Source of the DNA: a virus
Taxonomy: Duplodnaviria > Caudoviricetes
Direction: 5' to 3' (one strand)
IMG/VR virus record: IMGVR_UViG_3300037088_000669
Span: 1-28,735 of that record
Length of the DNA: 28,735 nucleotides
Shown here: one piece after another, positions 18,941 to 26,234 of the stretch
Layout of the letters: the number at the start of each line of letters is the position of its first letter
Numbering within the stretch: the first letter of the stretch is position 1
Program-made: the position numbers and the translations under genes
The notes under the pieces: generated by a model
Seen by the model: only the letters and a program-made list of their open reading frames with translations
Told to the model about the DNA's origin: nothing
Databases searched by the model: none

Positions 18941-19955
18941 GCTTTATGTCTTTTATTGTCTTTCTATTTTTATATGATTGCTTTGCTTTTTCACCAGCTT
19001 GTTGTGCGCCATGCAATAATAATGCAAAATTACCATCATGTTTATATGCCATAGTATCATCAATATCAATTGGCAATCTTAAATTTATTGCTTCTTCAGG
19101 TGAATTAACAATAACTGAATGTTTTAAATCATGTTTACTAATCAATTCATCTTTTGTTCCGCCAACACTTGCAATTAATTTAAAATTCTCTGGTATTTCT
19201 TTCATTCTTTTAATCCAAAACGGCAATGACTTTGTGTATGCATAAAAAAGAATATCAGGTCTTTGTCTTGCAACTTCAAGCCAAGCATCAAAATACTCCA
19301 GTTTATAAAAATCACCAGATTCATGTACTCTAAATACATCAATCTTGCCATGTCCTTGTTCAAAATATTTCAATGACCTTAAAATGAGATCAATTTTACC
19401 CTGCATATCAAACTTATTTAAAAGGTCTAAGTTAGTCCAGCGCATCTTTTGTGCGTGAGGATACATTGCTTCTTCACTTGCACCATAACATCTTATATCT
19501 CCAAAGTCCTGTACCATTAGTCCAGTTTCAGGGTCACGTTCTCTGTTTCTTGGAACTTTTGTTTTACAAATATTTGCAAAAGGACAAGTGTAACCAGCAG
19601 GTAATGATAAATATGGATGATCTAATTTGTCATTAAACGGACTAATCGTCAAAACACAATCTTCTTTTTCGTTGATCTTTTCTGTATTTCTAAGATGTGC
19701 ATATGGGTCAAAGTCTTCTTTTTCACTTAATGCAATAAATTCCTTTAAATAATTAGCATCGTTTTCAATATTGCCTGAAAGTTTATTGTGTTCATTAAAC
19801 ACTGCCGACAACTCTTCAAATAAACAATTTCCAGCCTGTTCATTTAACTTCATAAGGTAGAACTTTTTATCATCAGATTCTCTTAAAGGAAAACGAAAAG
19901 AAGAATCCAAGTGATTAAATCGCTCATATAATAATTGCTTATTATTTTTTACCAT
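18927..19955 (-). CDS. GP88-like protein (radical-SAM-like, Cys cluster)
   Basis: SLPAGYTCPFANIC...RCYG...FRVHESGDFY...FYAYTKS resembles the phage gene-product-88 family. Confidence 0.7.
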   Translation of the reverse strand: MVKNNKQLLYERFNHLDSSFRFPLRESDDKKFYLMKLNEQAGNCLFEELSAVFNEHNKLSGNIENDANYLKEFIALSEKEDFDPYAHLRNTEKINEKEDCVLTISPFNDKLDHPYLSLPAGYTCPFANICKTKVPRNRERDPETGLMVQDFGDIRCYGASEEAMYPHAQKMRWTNLDLLNKFDMQGKIDLILRSLKYFEQGHGKIDVFRVHESGDFYKLEYFDAWLEVARQRPDILFYAYTKSLPFWIKRMKEIPENFKLIASVGGTKDELISKHDLKHSVIVNSPEEAINLRLPIDIDDTMAYKHDGNFALLLHGAQQAGEKAKQSYKNRKTIKDIKHGKF

Positions 19956-20028
19956 CAGATAACATTTTCTATAAATACAAAACTATTAATTAAAATGCCG
20001 TAGTATTTATTATAAATTCTTGTACGAA

Positions 20029-22143
20029 ATGAATTTAGAATGTTTAAAAGGCATAATTACCGATAACTTAGCAATACAGATTGACTTAACACAGTTGAAG
20101 TCATGGGATTTAAACTCAGGTTTCACTTCAATTAGTTTAACTAAATGGGCAGGTGCGGTTTCCAATAACATTAATCTCATGGATTTTGGTTTAACTGGAT
20201 TTGATAACGGTAGAACTAATCTTATGTGGAGTGGTATTACGCTTACACCTGCAGATACATTATTTCATATGTATAGAATAGGTTATAATGAGGTTATTAA
20301 CCCAAGCACAAGCAATACAAGCGGATATACCGCAACAACAGTACTTACTGGTTATAATATAAGTGGTATAACAAGTGGTTTAACTGGTAATTATTTTATA
20401 CTTGATGGTGGATATTTACAAGGATTTTTTAAGTTGGATGGATATGATTTTGAGTTATTACCTAAAAGATTCGGAAGAGGCATTACTATTGAAACGCTTG
20501 TATATCTTTATCCAGACTCTCACGGCATATTCTATATGATGGGTGCACGTGCAGAAGACAAATACAATCAATATTTTAGTGGTGAAACAATAACAGGACT
20601 TACAACAGTTACCACTGGTTTTACTCCCTCAATAAGACAAGTTTTTACTGGTATTACTACAAGTTTTGACGACTATTTTAATAGTTTCGAAAAAGTAGAA
20701 AAAATGAATAGAGGTTTCAGAGACGAAACCTTAATATATCGTACAGAATACGTTCAACCATCAGCAACTGCCAATACGACAAATAATGTAATTGCTTTCG
20801 AATTAACAGATGAAAGGCACATTGCGTATAAATATATTGATGCTGACGGAAACATTATAACCAACACATCGGTGGCAACAGTTACTGCAACTGGCTTCAC
20901 AATGATTGACATTGTGTTTTCACCAAGGATTGACGAAATTCTTACAACACCATATGAATTAGAATGCACACCACAAAGAATAGGTAAAATGATATTCTAT
21001 ATTAATGGTCGTGCAATGTGGATTATTCACGATTTTCCAGAATTTTATTTTCATGGATTTAATACCGATAAAGAATTACAAATGGGTGAACCTTATTCAA
21101 TTAGCTGGGGCGGTGGTTCATTTGGTTTGAAACATTCATGGCACTATGATTACCAAACATATACATTATATAATGGTCAAGACACAAACTATATTAACAA
21201 TAATTTCTTTGTAGAACCAGACCCAATAGCAACAGAGTGTTACACTCCACCAACAGGCGATACCTATTTAAGTGGATTGACATTAAGTGCAGATAGCACA
21301 ACATTTATTATAACGGATAAATGTACTGGTGTTCAAAATCCCGTTACTGTAATGCGTGTCGAATATACAGGCGAAACAGGTACAACAGGTACTTCAGCAC
21401 ACTCATATTTCATTAAATTCAATCATCCAATCACAGTATTGTCAAATAGAGAATATGAAATTAATTTACCTATGTTTAATGATGGTTTCTTTAAACAAGT
21501 TGATAGCAGTGGCAATACCATTAATAATAGAGTGAGCATTTTAGTTTATGGCGATGTTGATGTTAATATTCATCAAGAAACACAATACGTGCTGCCAATG
21601 ACACAAGCATATATGGCAAAACTATTAAGTCTTGGATTACACCCATTTCCTGATCAACAAGAATATGAATATATGTTGAATGGTATTATGTATTTCGGTG
21701 TAAGTGGTTTACCAGTAGCATTACAATATATGTTATTACAAGGCTTAAACGTAATGGGTGTTCCAGTAGAATCATTTATAACAGGCAAAGATGTTTGGTT
21801 ACCAATAAAAACCGTATTCAGTACAAAAGATAATACTGGTAAGAAGCAAGTAAATATTGGTATATTAATTGAATCAGATCACGATTTCAATTCTAATGCA
21901 CCATTATTCTTCGGTGACTTTACATACAAGGGTGCTGATATATTGGTACAAGATCATAGAAAAGACAACCTATTAATTCAAGAAAATTTTGATTCATCAT
22001 TTATTGGTGGTATTCAAAAATTAAGAGTTTATAATAATGCATTAACTTCACCAGAAGTATTACATAATGCATTGGTAGAAGCAAAATTGAATCCGAATTT
22101 AAACATAGTTGTTAATAAAGGCGGAAGAATTATTCATAGATAA
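20029..22143 (+). CDS. Virion structural protein, Thr/Gly-rich, LamG/concanavalin-like C-terminus
   Basis: Repeated SG/TG motifs and C-terminal FIGGIQKLRVYNNALTSPEV. ATG at 20029 preferred over TTG at 20020; GTATTTATT at 20003-20011. Confidence 0.7.
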   Translation: MNLECLKGIITDNLAIQIDLTQLKSWDLNSGFTSISLTKWAGAVSNNINLMDFGLTGFDNGRTNLMWSGITLTPADTLFHMYRIGYNEVINPSTSNTSGYTATTVLTGYNISGITSGLTGNYFILDGGYLQGFFKLDGYDFELLPKRFGRGITIETLVYLYPDSHGIFYMMGARAEDKYNQYFSGETITGLTTVTTGFTPSIRQVFTGITTSFDDYFNSFEKVEKMNRGFRDETLIYRTEYVQPSATANTTNNVIAFELTDERHIAYKYIDADGNIITNTSVATVTATGFTMIDIVFSPRIDEILTTPYELECTPQRIGKMIFYINGRAMWIIHDFPEFYFHGFNTDKELQMGEPYSISWGGGSFGLKHSWHYDYQTYTLYNGQDTNYINNNFFVEPDPIATECYTPPTGDTYLSGLTLSADSTTFIITDKCTGVQNPVTVMRVEYTGETGTTGTSAHSYFIKFNHPITVLSNREYEINLPMFNDGFFKQVDSSGNTINNRVSILVYGDVDVNIHQETQYVLPMTQAYMAKLLSLGLHPFPDQQEYEYMLNGIMYFGVSGLPVALQYMLLQGLNVMGVPVESFITGKDVWLPIKTVFSTKDNTGKKQVNIGILIESDHDFNSNAPLFFGDFTYKGADILVQDHRKDNLLIQENFDSSFIGGIQKLRVYNNALTSPEVLHNALVEAKLNPNLNIVVNKGGRIIHR

Positions 22144-22208
22144 TTAATATCTGCCTATATGCTGTTTATATACAATACGAAGATAATAAATAACCATTTG
22201 AGCCAATT

Positions 22209-22418
22209 ATGAGCCGATTATCAGAAATTTATGAAGGATGGAAAAATTACGTGTTTCCAAATCCAAAAGTAGAAGAAGAAGCAAAAAGAAGAATGGCAAT
22301 TTGTATTGAAAATAAATGCAAAAAACTAAATGCCAGAAATTATTGTAGTGTGTGTGGTTGTTATATGCCAGCGAAAGTTAGAAGTCCAAAGTCTCGTTGT
22401 GCGCTAAAAATTTGGTAG
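22209..22418 (+). CDS. Small Cys-rich protein (DUF6171-like)
   Basis: RMAIC...C...CSVCGCYMPAKVRSPKSRCALKIW pattern. Confidence 0.65.
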   Translation: MSRLSEIYEGWKNYVFPNPKVEEEAKRRMAICIENKCKKLNARNYCSVCGCYMPAKVRSPKSRCALKIW

Positions 22419-22829
22419 TTATGCTCTGTTTGTTGTGAGAACGTATGTGTCTTCAAGAGCAACACCTTGAAATTCGTCAGAATCAAAACAAAATTTCTTA
22501 AAACCAGTAAGACATATAACCTTATTATTTATTATAAGTTCAAGTTTACCGCTTAAACATGAAATACAACGAATATAGTCTCTTTTTTTAAGTTCAATTA
22601 TTGCTCCTTTGGGTAGAAAATAAAAAATAACAATATCTTCAGGTTTAGTATCATCAATTATTTTCTTATATTTAATATTGTTAACACAATTGTCCCAATC
22701 AGTGAAAAAACGAATTATAATACCATCATCAATCTCATGTATAGAAGGAAATTGATCGAGTAATTCCTTTTTTCTTTTGTCAATTAACTCGTTTACTTTA
22801 TCTAATATTGCTCTTCTTTCGGGTGTCAT
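22419..22829 (-). CDS. Hypothetical protein with degenerate cupin-like C-terminus
   Basis: ATG at 22829 (MTPERR). LPKGAII...CLSGKLELII...VALEDTYVL resembles a cupin barrel lacking metal-binding His residues. Confidence 0.6.
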   Translation of the reverse strand: MTPERRAILDKVNELIDKRKKELLDQFPSIHEIDDGIIIRFFTDWDNCVNNIKYKKIIDDTKPEDIVIFYFLPKGAIIELKKRDYIRCISCLSGKLELIINNKVICLTGFKKFCFDSDEFQGVALEDTYVLTTNRA

Positions 22830-22840
22830 TGATAATTGAA

Positions 22841-23464
22841 TTAACAATACGGTACATTCTGAACCTTATCCTTCATTTCAGGAGTACTAATGTCCATTCC
22901 AGTATAGTTTCCAATATAATCTTCCACAAATTGTCTTATGAATAAAACCTGTATTCTTGGCGGTGCATGTTTAAATGCCAAGAAATCGATTTCATCACCT
23001 TCAGTCGTATTTAAATCTACATTAATGTCGTTCCAATTAAAACCATTAAACAAAGCCTCACCAGATGGTTCAATGTCAGTATCAGGTGTGCCACCAAGTC
23101 TTCCCTTATCATACCAACCACTTTTGCTTATCGAAATATTATCACTATAAAAACTAAGATCAAACATAATTGGTTCTTTGGTCTGATCATATTTATATTC
23201 TACTTTAAGAAAATAATCAAGTGTCAATTTATTTGCATCTTCAAAGTTATCTTCTTCCCAATCACCACCAATTCTTGAGTCAAAAACTGAAGTTTTTATT
23301 TTATTCTTTCTCTCCAAAAGTGAATCACAAATGAATTGCTTTTGAAATTCTTCATTTTGCAATAACTCTATGATTTCCTGTTCTTTTAAATAGCTTTCAT
23401 TCCCCAAGAAATCGAACTTTCCAACCTCTTCATTGATGACTTTAATCAAATCTTTACTAAACAT
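22841..23464 (-). CDS. Hypothetical acidic protein
   Basis: ATG at 23464 (MFSKDLIKVINEEV); GTATTTATG upstream at 23479-23487. Confidence 0.75.
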   Translation of the reverse strand: MFSKDLIKVINEEVGKFDFLGNESYLKEQEIIELLQNEEFQKQFICDSLLERKNKIKTSVFDSRIGGDWEEDNFEDANKLTLDYFLKVEYKYDQTKEPIMFDLSFYSDNISISKSGWYDKGRLGGTPDTDIEPSGEALFNGFNWNDINVDLNTTEGDEIDFLAFKHAPPRIQVLFIRQFVEDYIGNYTGMDISTPEMKDKVQNVPYC

Positions 23465-23537
23465 GAATAATATTTTCACATAAATACTGAATACTTCATA
23501 TAAATGCTAACCAAACCATACCATTAAAGTATTTATA

Positions 23538-23691
23538 GGATGAAAGTCATTGCTTAACCATAGCGTTAAGTTAGGTCTGTAAAAACAGGAATGCCTTTAA
23601 AATTTATTGCCAAATAGTGGTTATGTAAAATTTAAAGACTTACTGAGAAATAACAGGAATTGCACCGCACAAAAAACGGTGCAATTTTTTT
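23538..23691 (+). ncRNA. Candidate ~150-nt structured small RNA
   Basis: Bounded by GTATTTATA (23529-23537) and a strong terminator. Internal stems GCTTAAC/GTTAAGT, CTGT/ACAG, AAAGTCATT/AATGCCTTT. No ORF longer than a few codons seen. Confidence 0.5.
23658..23691 (+). terminator. Intrinsic terminator
   Basis: AATTGCACCG-cacaaaaaa-CGGTGCAATT followed by a T run. Confidence 0.85.
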
Positions 23692-23727
23692 ATATGTTAA
23701 TATAGTATTTATTAGAAATCAATTATT

Positions 23728-24252
23728 ATGAAGAATAATAGCACAAAAGAAAGACTTTTTGAAGTTACTGGCAGACTTGATAAAACATTTAATCCAAATC
23801 CATTTGATAGATTTACTATACAAGTAAATAGACCAGATTATCAAGGAACTATTAAAAGAAATCGTGATGGATGGATGTTATACGATGTAACTAATAGTCC
23901 AGAAGAGGCAGGACCGTTTGGTACACTTGAAAGTCTGATAGATTATTATGATATTGACAAATCTCAAATGACTGGTGATTATGTTAAAAATTTACCTGAA
24001 GCAGTAACTGCTGCTGCACAAACTACAAATGTACAACAAACAGATATGTCCTCACCACAAACAACATATGTAGATAGCACATATAAAATGATTGCACCTG
24101 CACTTAAAAGAATAAGGACTGTAGATCAATTTCCAATGGCATTTAAAGGGTGGTTTAGTGCATTGGGATATAAGCCACAATCATCGCCACTTACAATAGC
24201 ACAAGTGAGATTAGATATAGAACAAGTAATGAGAGAATTGGGATATAAATAA
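23728..24252 (+). CDS. Hypothetical protein with shared N-terminal motif
   Basis: 174 aa; N-terminus KNNSTKERLFEVTGRLDKTF; GTATTTATT at 23705-23713. Confidence 0.8.
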   Translation: MKNNSTKERLFEVTGRLDKTFNPNPFDRFTIQVNRPDYQGTIKRNRDGWMLYDVTNSPEEAGPFGTLESLIDYYDIDKSQMTGDYVKNLPEAVTAAAQTTNVQQTDMSSPQTTYVDSTYKMIAPALKRIRTVDQFPMAFKGWFSALGYKPQSSPLTIAQVRLDIEQVMRELGYK

Positions 24253-24289
24253 AAAAAATTCATTTTTTTTAAAAATAATTACGATTTTG

Positions 24290-24320
24290 TTTGTATTTAT
24301 CATTTTAATGTATATCTTTG
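24290..24320 (+). promoter_or_regulatory. Bacteroidota housekeeping-sigma promoter (-33/-7)
   Basis: TTTG (24290-24293), 19-nt spacer, TATCTTTG (24313-24320). Confidence 0.8.
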
Positions 24321-24351
24321 CGAAGAGTTTTTAATAAATGTTATTTGAGAA

Positions 24352-24426
24352 ATGAAAAATTTAGTTAACATAGTTCCGCAACCCCAACAGCATCCACAAA
24401 TTTTGGAATGGGGAAACTATGCTTAA
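24352..24426 (+). CDS. Attenuator leader peptide MKNLVNIVPQPQQHPQILEWGNYA
   Basis: ATG 24352, TAA 24424-24426. Contains eight consecutive codons CCG CAA CCC CAA CAG CAT CCA CAA (Pro/Gln/His) matching the downstream tRNAs. Confidence 0.8.
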   Translation: MKNLVNIVPQPQQHPQILEWGNYA

Positions 24427-24495
24427 ATTTTTCTAAGAATTTTTTAGGTTAGACAGAAAAACCCCATTCATATCGAGTGGGGTTTTTCATTTTTT
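24369..24495 (+). promoter_or_regulatory. Ribosome-dependent transcription attenuator (1:2, 2:3, 3:4)
   Basis: 1:2 = CATAGTT(24369-75)/AACTATG(24415-21) plus CCCCA(24382-86)/TGGGG(24409-13). 2:3 = GAATGGGG(24406-13)/CCCCATTC(24462-69). 3:4 = terminator. Confidence 0.78.
24456..24495 (+). terminator. Attenuator intrinsic terminator
   Basis: GAAAAACCCCATTC-ATATC-GAGTGGGGTTTTTC followed by ATTTTTT. Confidence 0.88.
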
Positions 24496-24515
24496 GTTCT
24501 TTGATGTATTTTTAT

Positions 24516-24590
24516 CTGGGTGTTCCGCAGACGGCTATACGGGCGTGCTTTGGAGGCACGTGTTCACTGGTTCGAATCCAGTTACCCAGA
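24516..24590 (+). tRNA. tRNA-Pro(UGG), divergent, A37
   Basis: Acceptor CTGGGTG/TACCCAG+A; anticodon arm CGTGC-TTTGGAG-GCACG; T arm ACTGG-TTCGAAT-CCAGT. No encoded CCA. Confidence 0.85.
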
Positions 24591-24596
24591 CAACAA

Positions 24597-24691
24597 CAGG
24601 GAGTGAGCGAGTTGGTTGAAGCTGCTGGTCTTGGAAACCAGTGACGGCACAAAGGCGTTGTCGTCCGTGGGTTCGAACCCCACCTTCCTGA
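24597..24691 (+). tRNA. tRNA with Pro(UGG) anticodon and long variable arm
   Basis: Acceptor CAGGGAG/CTTCCTG+A; anticodon arm CTGGT-CTTGGAA-ACCAG; variable stem GACGGCA/TGTCGTC; T arm GTGGG-TTCGAAC-CCCAC. Confidence 0.82.
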
Positions 24692-24758
24692 CGGTGAGAC
24701 TGTTTTAGAATTTTACATAGACGTTAGAGTAATAGCGAAGCGTAGAAAAATTCAACAT

Positions 24759-24833
24759 GGTAGGCGTAGCTCAATTGGTTAGAGTGCCAGATTGTGGTTC
24801 TGGTCGTTGCAGGTTCGAGTCCTGTCGCCTACC
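24759..24833 (+). tRNA. tRNA-His(GUG)
   Basis: G-1 plus GTAGGCG/CGCCTAC+C73; anticodon arm CCAGA-TTGTGGT-TCTGG; T arm GCAGG-TTCGAGT-CCTGT. Confidence 0.93.
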
Positions 24834-24881
24834 CGAAAAGCGTGATAAAAGCGTTTATCACGTATTTGAGTGATATATTTT

Positions 24882-24954
24882 CGGGATGTGGTGTAGTTGG
24901 TAACATGCGTGCTTTGGGAGCATGAGACCGTGGGTTCGAGTCCCGCCATCCCGA
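24882..24954 (+). tRNA. tRNA-Pro(UGG), canonical
   Basis: CGGGATG/CATCCCG+A; anticodon arm CGTGC-TTTGGGA-GCATG (G37); T arm GTGGG-TTCGAGT-CCCGC. Confidence 0.93.
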
Positions 24955-24960
24955 CTACAT

Positions 24961-25036
24961 GGTGATTGTAGAGGAATTGGTAAACTCACCTGACTGTGAA
25001 TCAGGAATCTTGCGGGTTCGAGTCCCGTCTTTCACC
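24961..25036 (+). tRNA. tRNA-His(GUG), A37, two U.U mismatches in acceptor stem
   Basis: G-1 plus GTGATTG/CTTTCAC+C; anticodon arm CCTGA-CTGTGAA-TCAGG; T arm GCGGG-TTCGAGT-CCCGT. Confidence 0.85.
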
Positions 25037-25143
25037 CAAAAACGCCAAGGGGGGTGCGCAAAATAAATCTTGCAACTCCTTGAACGTTAAAAAGTTCTTT
25101 GAAAATCTTGTCGCAAATTAAGCAAATAAGTACGACAAAATAT

Positions 25144-25216
25144 TGTCTCATAGTGTAATGGCTAACATGCCTGACTCTGAATCAGTAGATTGCAGGTTCG
25201 ACTCCTGCTGAGACAG
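25144..25216 (+). tRNA. tRNA-Gln(CUG)
   Basis: TGTCTCA/TGAGACA+G; anticodon loop CTCTGAA; T arm GCAGG-TTCGACT-CCTGC. Confidence 0.9.
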
Positions 25217-25266
25217 CAAAGTAAATTTATGCAATAAGTACCGAAAAACGGCACTTTATGCAAAAA

Positions 25267-25327
25267 TATACCCGAACAGGTATAAATATACTCAAAATAG
25301 TGTACTTTATACCCGAACAGGTATAAA
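25267..25327 (+). repeat. Two identical 20-bp hairpin-forming direct repeats TATACCCGAACAGGTATAAA
   Basis: Copies at 25267-25286 and 25308-25327; each folds TATACC-CGAACA-GGTATA. Confidence 0.85.
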
Positions 25328-25329
25328 AC

Positions 25330-25412
25330 TGTCCTTTGGCAGAATGGCGATTGCATCGGTCTTTGAAGCCGACACCCCAACGGGTTTGTAGGTCCGAATC
25401 CTACAGGGACAA
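25330..25412 (+). tRNA. tRNA with Gln(UUG) anticodon and long variable arm
   Basis: TGTCCTT/AGGGACA+A; anticodon arm TCGGT-CTTTGAA-GCCGA; variable stem ACCC-CAAC-GGGT; T loop TCCGAAT. Confidence 0.8.
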
Positions 25413-25423
25413 CAAAAAAGTTC

Positions 25424-25453
25424 TTTGATATCTCATAATTAATATTACCTTTG
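25424..25453 (+). promoter_or_regulatory. Possible internal Bacteroidota promoter
   Basis: TTTG (25424-25427), 18-nt spacer, TACCTTTG (25446-25453), 4 nt before the ATG at 25458. Confidence 0.5.
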
Positions 25454-25457
25454 TAAA

Positions 25458-26234
25458 ATGTTTTACGTAGTACAAGAAAATGTGTTCAATGAAGCAAACT
25501 ATGACAACTTAGTATTGGCATTGGATAAATTATCATTGCCTTATGAGATAGTAAAAGTTAAAGCATTTCTTAAAACATTCAGAGTAAAAACCAAAAGAAA
25601 AGATGTGTTTCCTTTCGGCTCATTGAAGATGGCAAGATTGTCAACAAAGCGTGGCTGGCGACCCGGTTCTCAAATGAATGCTAATCATGACTACTTGATT
25701 TATCGTGACCATTATAAGGAAAATCTTTTGAATTATGATTCACGAATACAGAAATTCGGTGATGATTTTTTCAGCAAAGAAATATTCTTTGCCAGACCAA
25801 CACAGGATACAAAAGTATTTACTGGTAAAGTATTTGATATGGAGCAGTGGCGAGACTTTGTTGCTTATTCATTAACTAATGGTCACACAACATTACTGAA
25901 TATTGATACGGAAATTCAAATATGTTCAGTTAAGAAAATTCAACAAGAAATCAGGTTTTGGATTGTCAAAGGCGAAATCGTCACAGCAAGCCAGTACAGA
26001 CTTGGAAACAGATTGGTGCTTAATGAAAATATTGATCAGGCAGCTTATGAGTATTGTAAAAAAATGGTTGACATATTTCAACTGAATGATGCTTTTGTAA
26101 TGGACTTGGCATTAACTGAGAATGGATATAAGATAGTTGAATGTGGTTGCATTAATTGTGCTGGATTTTACAAAGCAGATATGCAAAAACTTTTAATGAA
26201 ACTTGAAGATAGTTTTAATTGTCCTATGGTGTAA
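25458..26234 (+). CDS. ATP-grasp protein (R2K clade / DUF4343-like)
   Basis: FFARPTQDTKVFTGKV, EIRFWIVKGEIVTASQYR, AFVMDLA...KIVECGCINCAGFY. Confidence 0.8.
   Translation: MFYVVQENVFNEANYDNLVLALDKLSLPYEIVKVKAFLKTFRVKTKRKDVFPFGSLKMARLSTKRGWRPGSQMNANHDYLIYRDHYKENLLNYDSRIQKFGDDFFSKEIFFARPTQDTKVFTGKVFDMEQWRDFVAYSLTNGHTTLLNIDTEIQICSVKKIQQEIRFWIVKGEIVTASQYRLGNRLVLNENIDQAAYEYCKKMVDIFQLNDAFVMDLALTENGYKIVECGCINCAGFYKADMQKLLMKLEDSFNCPMV

Noticed and set aside
23538-23660. CsrB/RsmZ-type sponge RNA (three AGGA motifs)
   Set aside because: GGA motifs are few and not in hairpin loops, and the inferred Bacteroidota host generally lacks CsrA; kept only as a generic ncRNA candidate.
25267-25327. Mini CRISPR array
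   Set aside because: Only two 20-bp repeats with a 21-nt gap and no cas genes in the window.
25162-25380. 72-aa minus-strand ORF
   Set aside because: Antisense to two tRNA genes; spurious.
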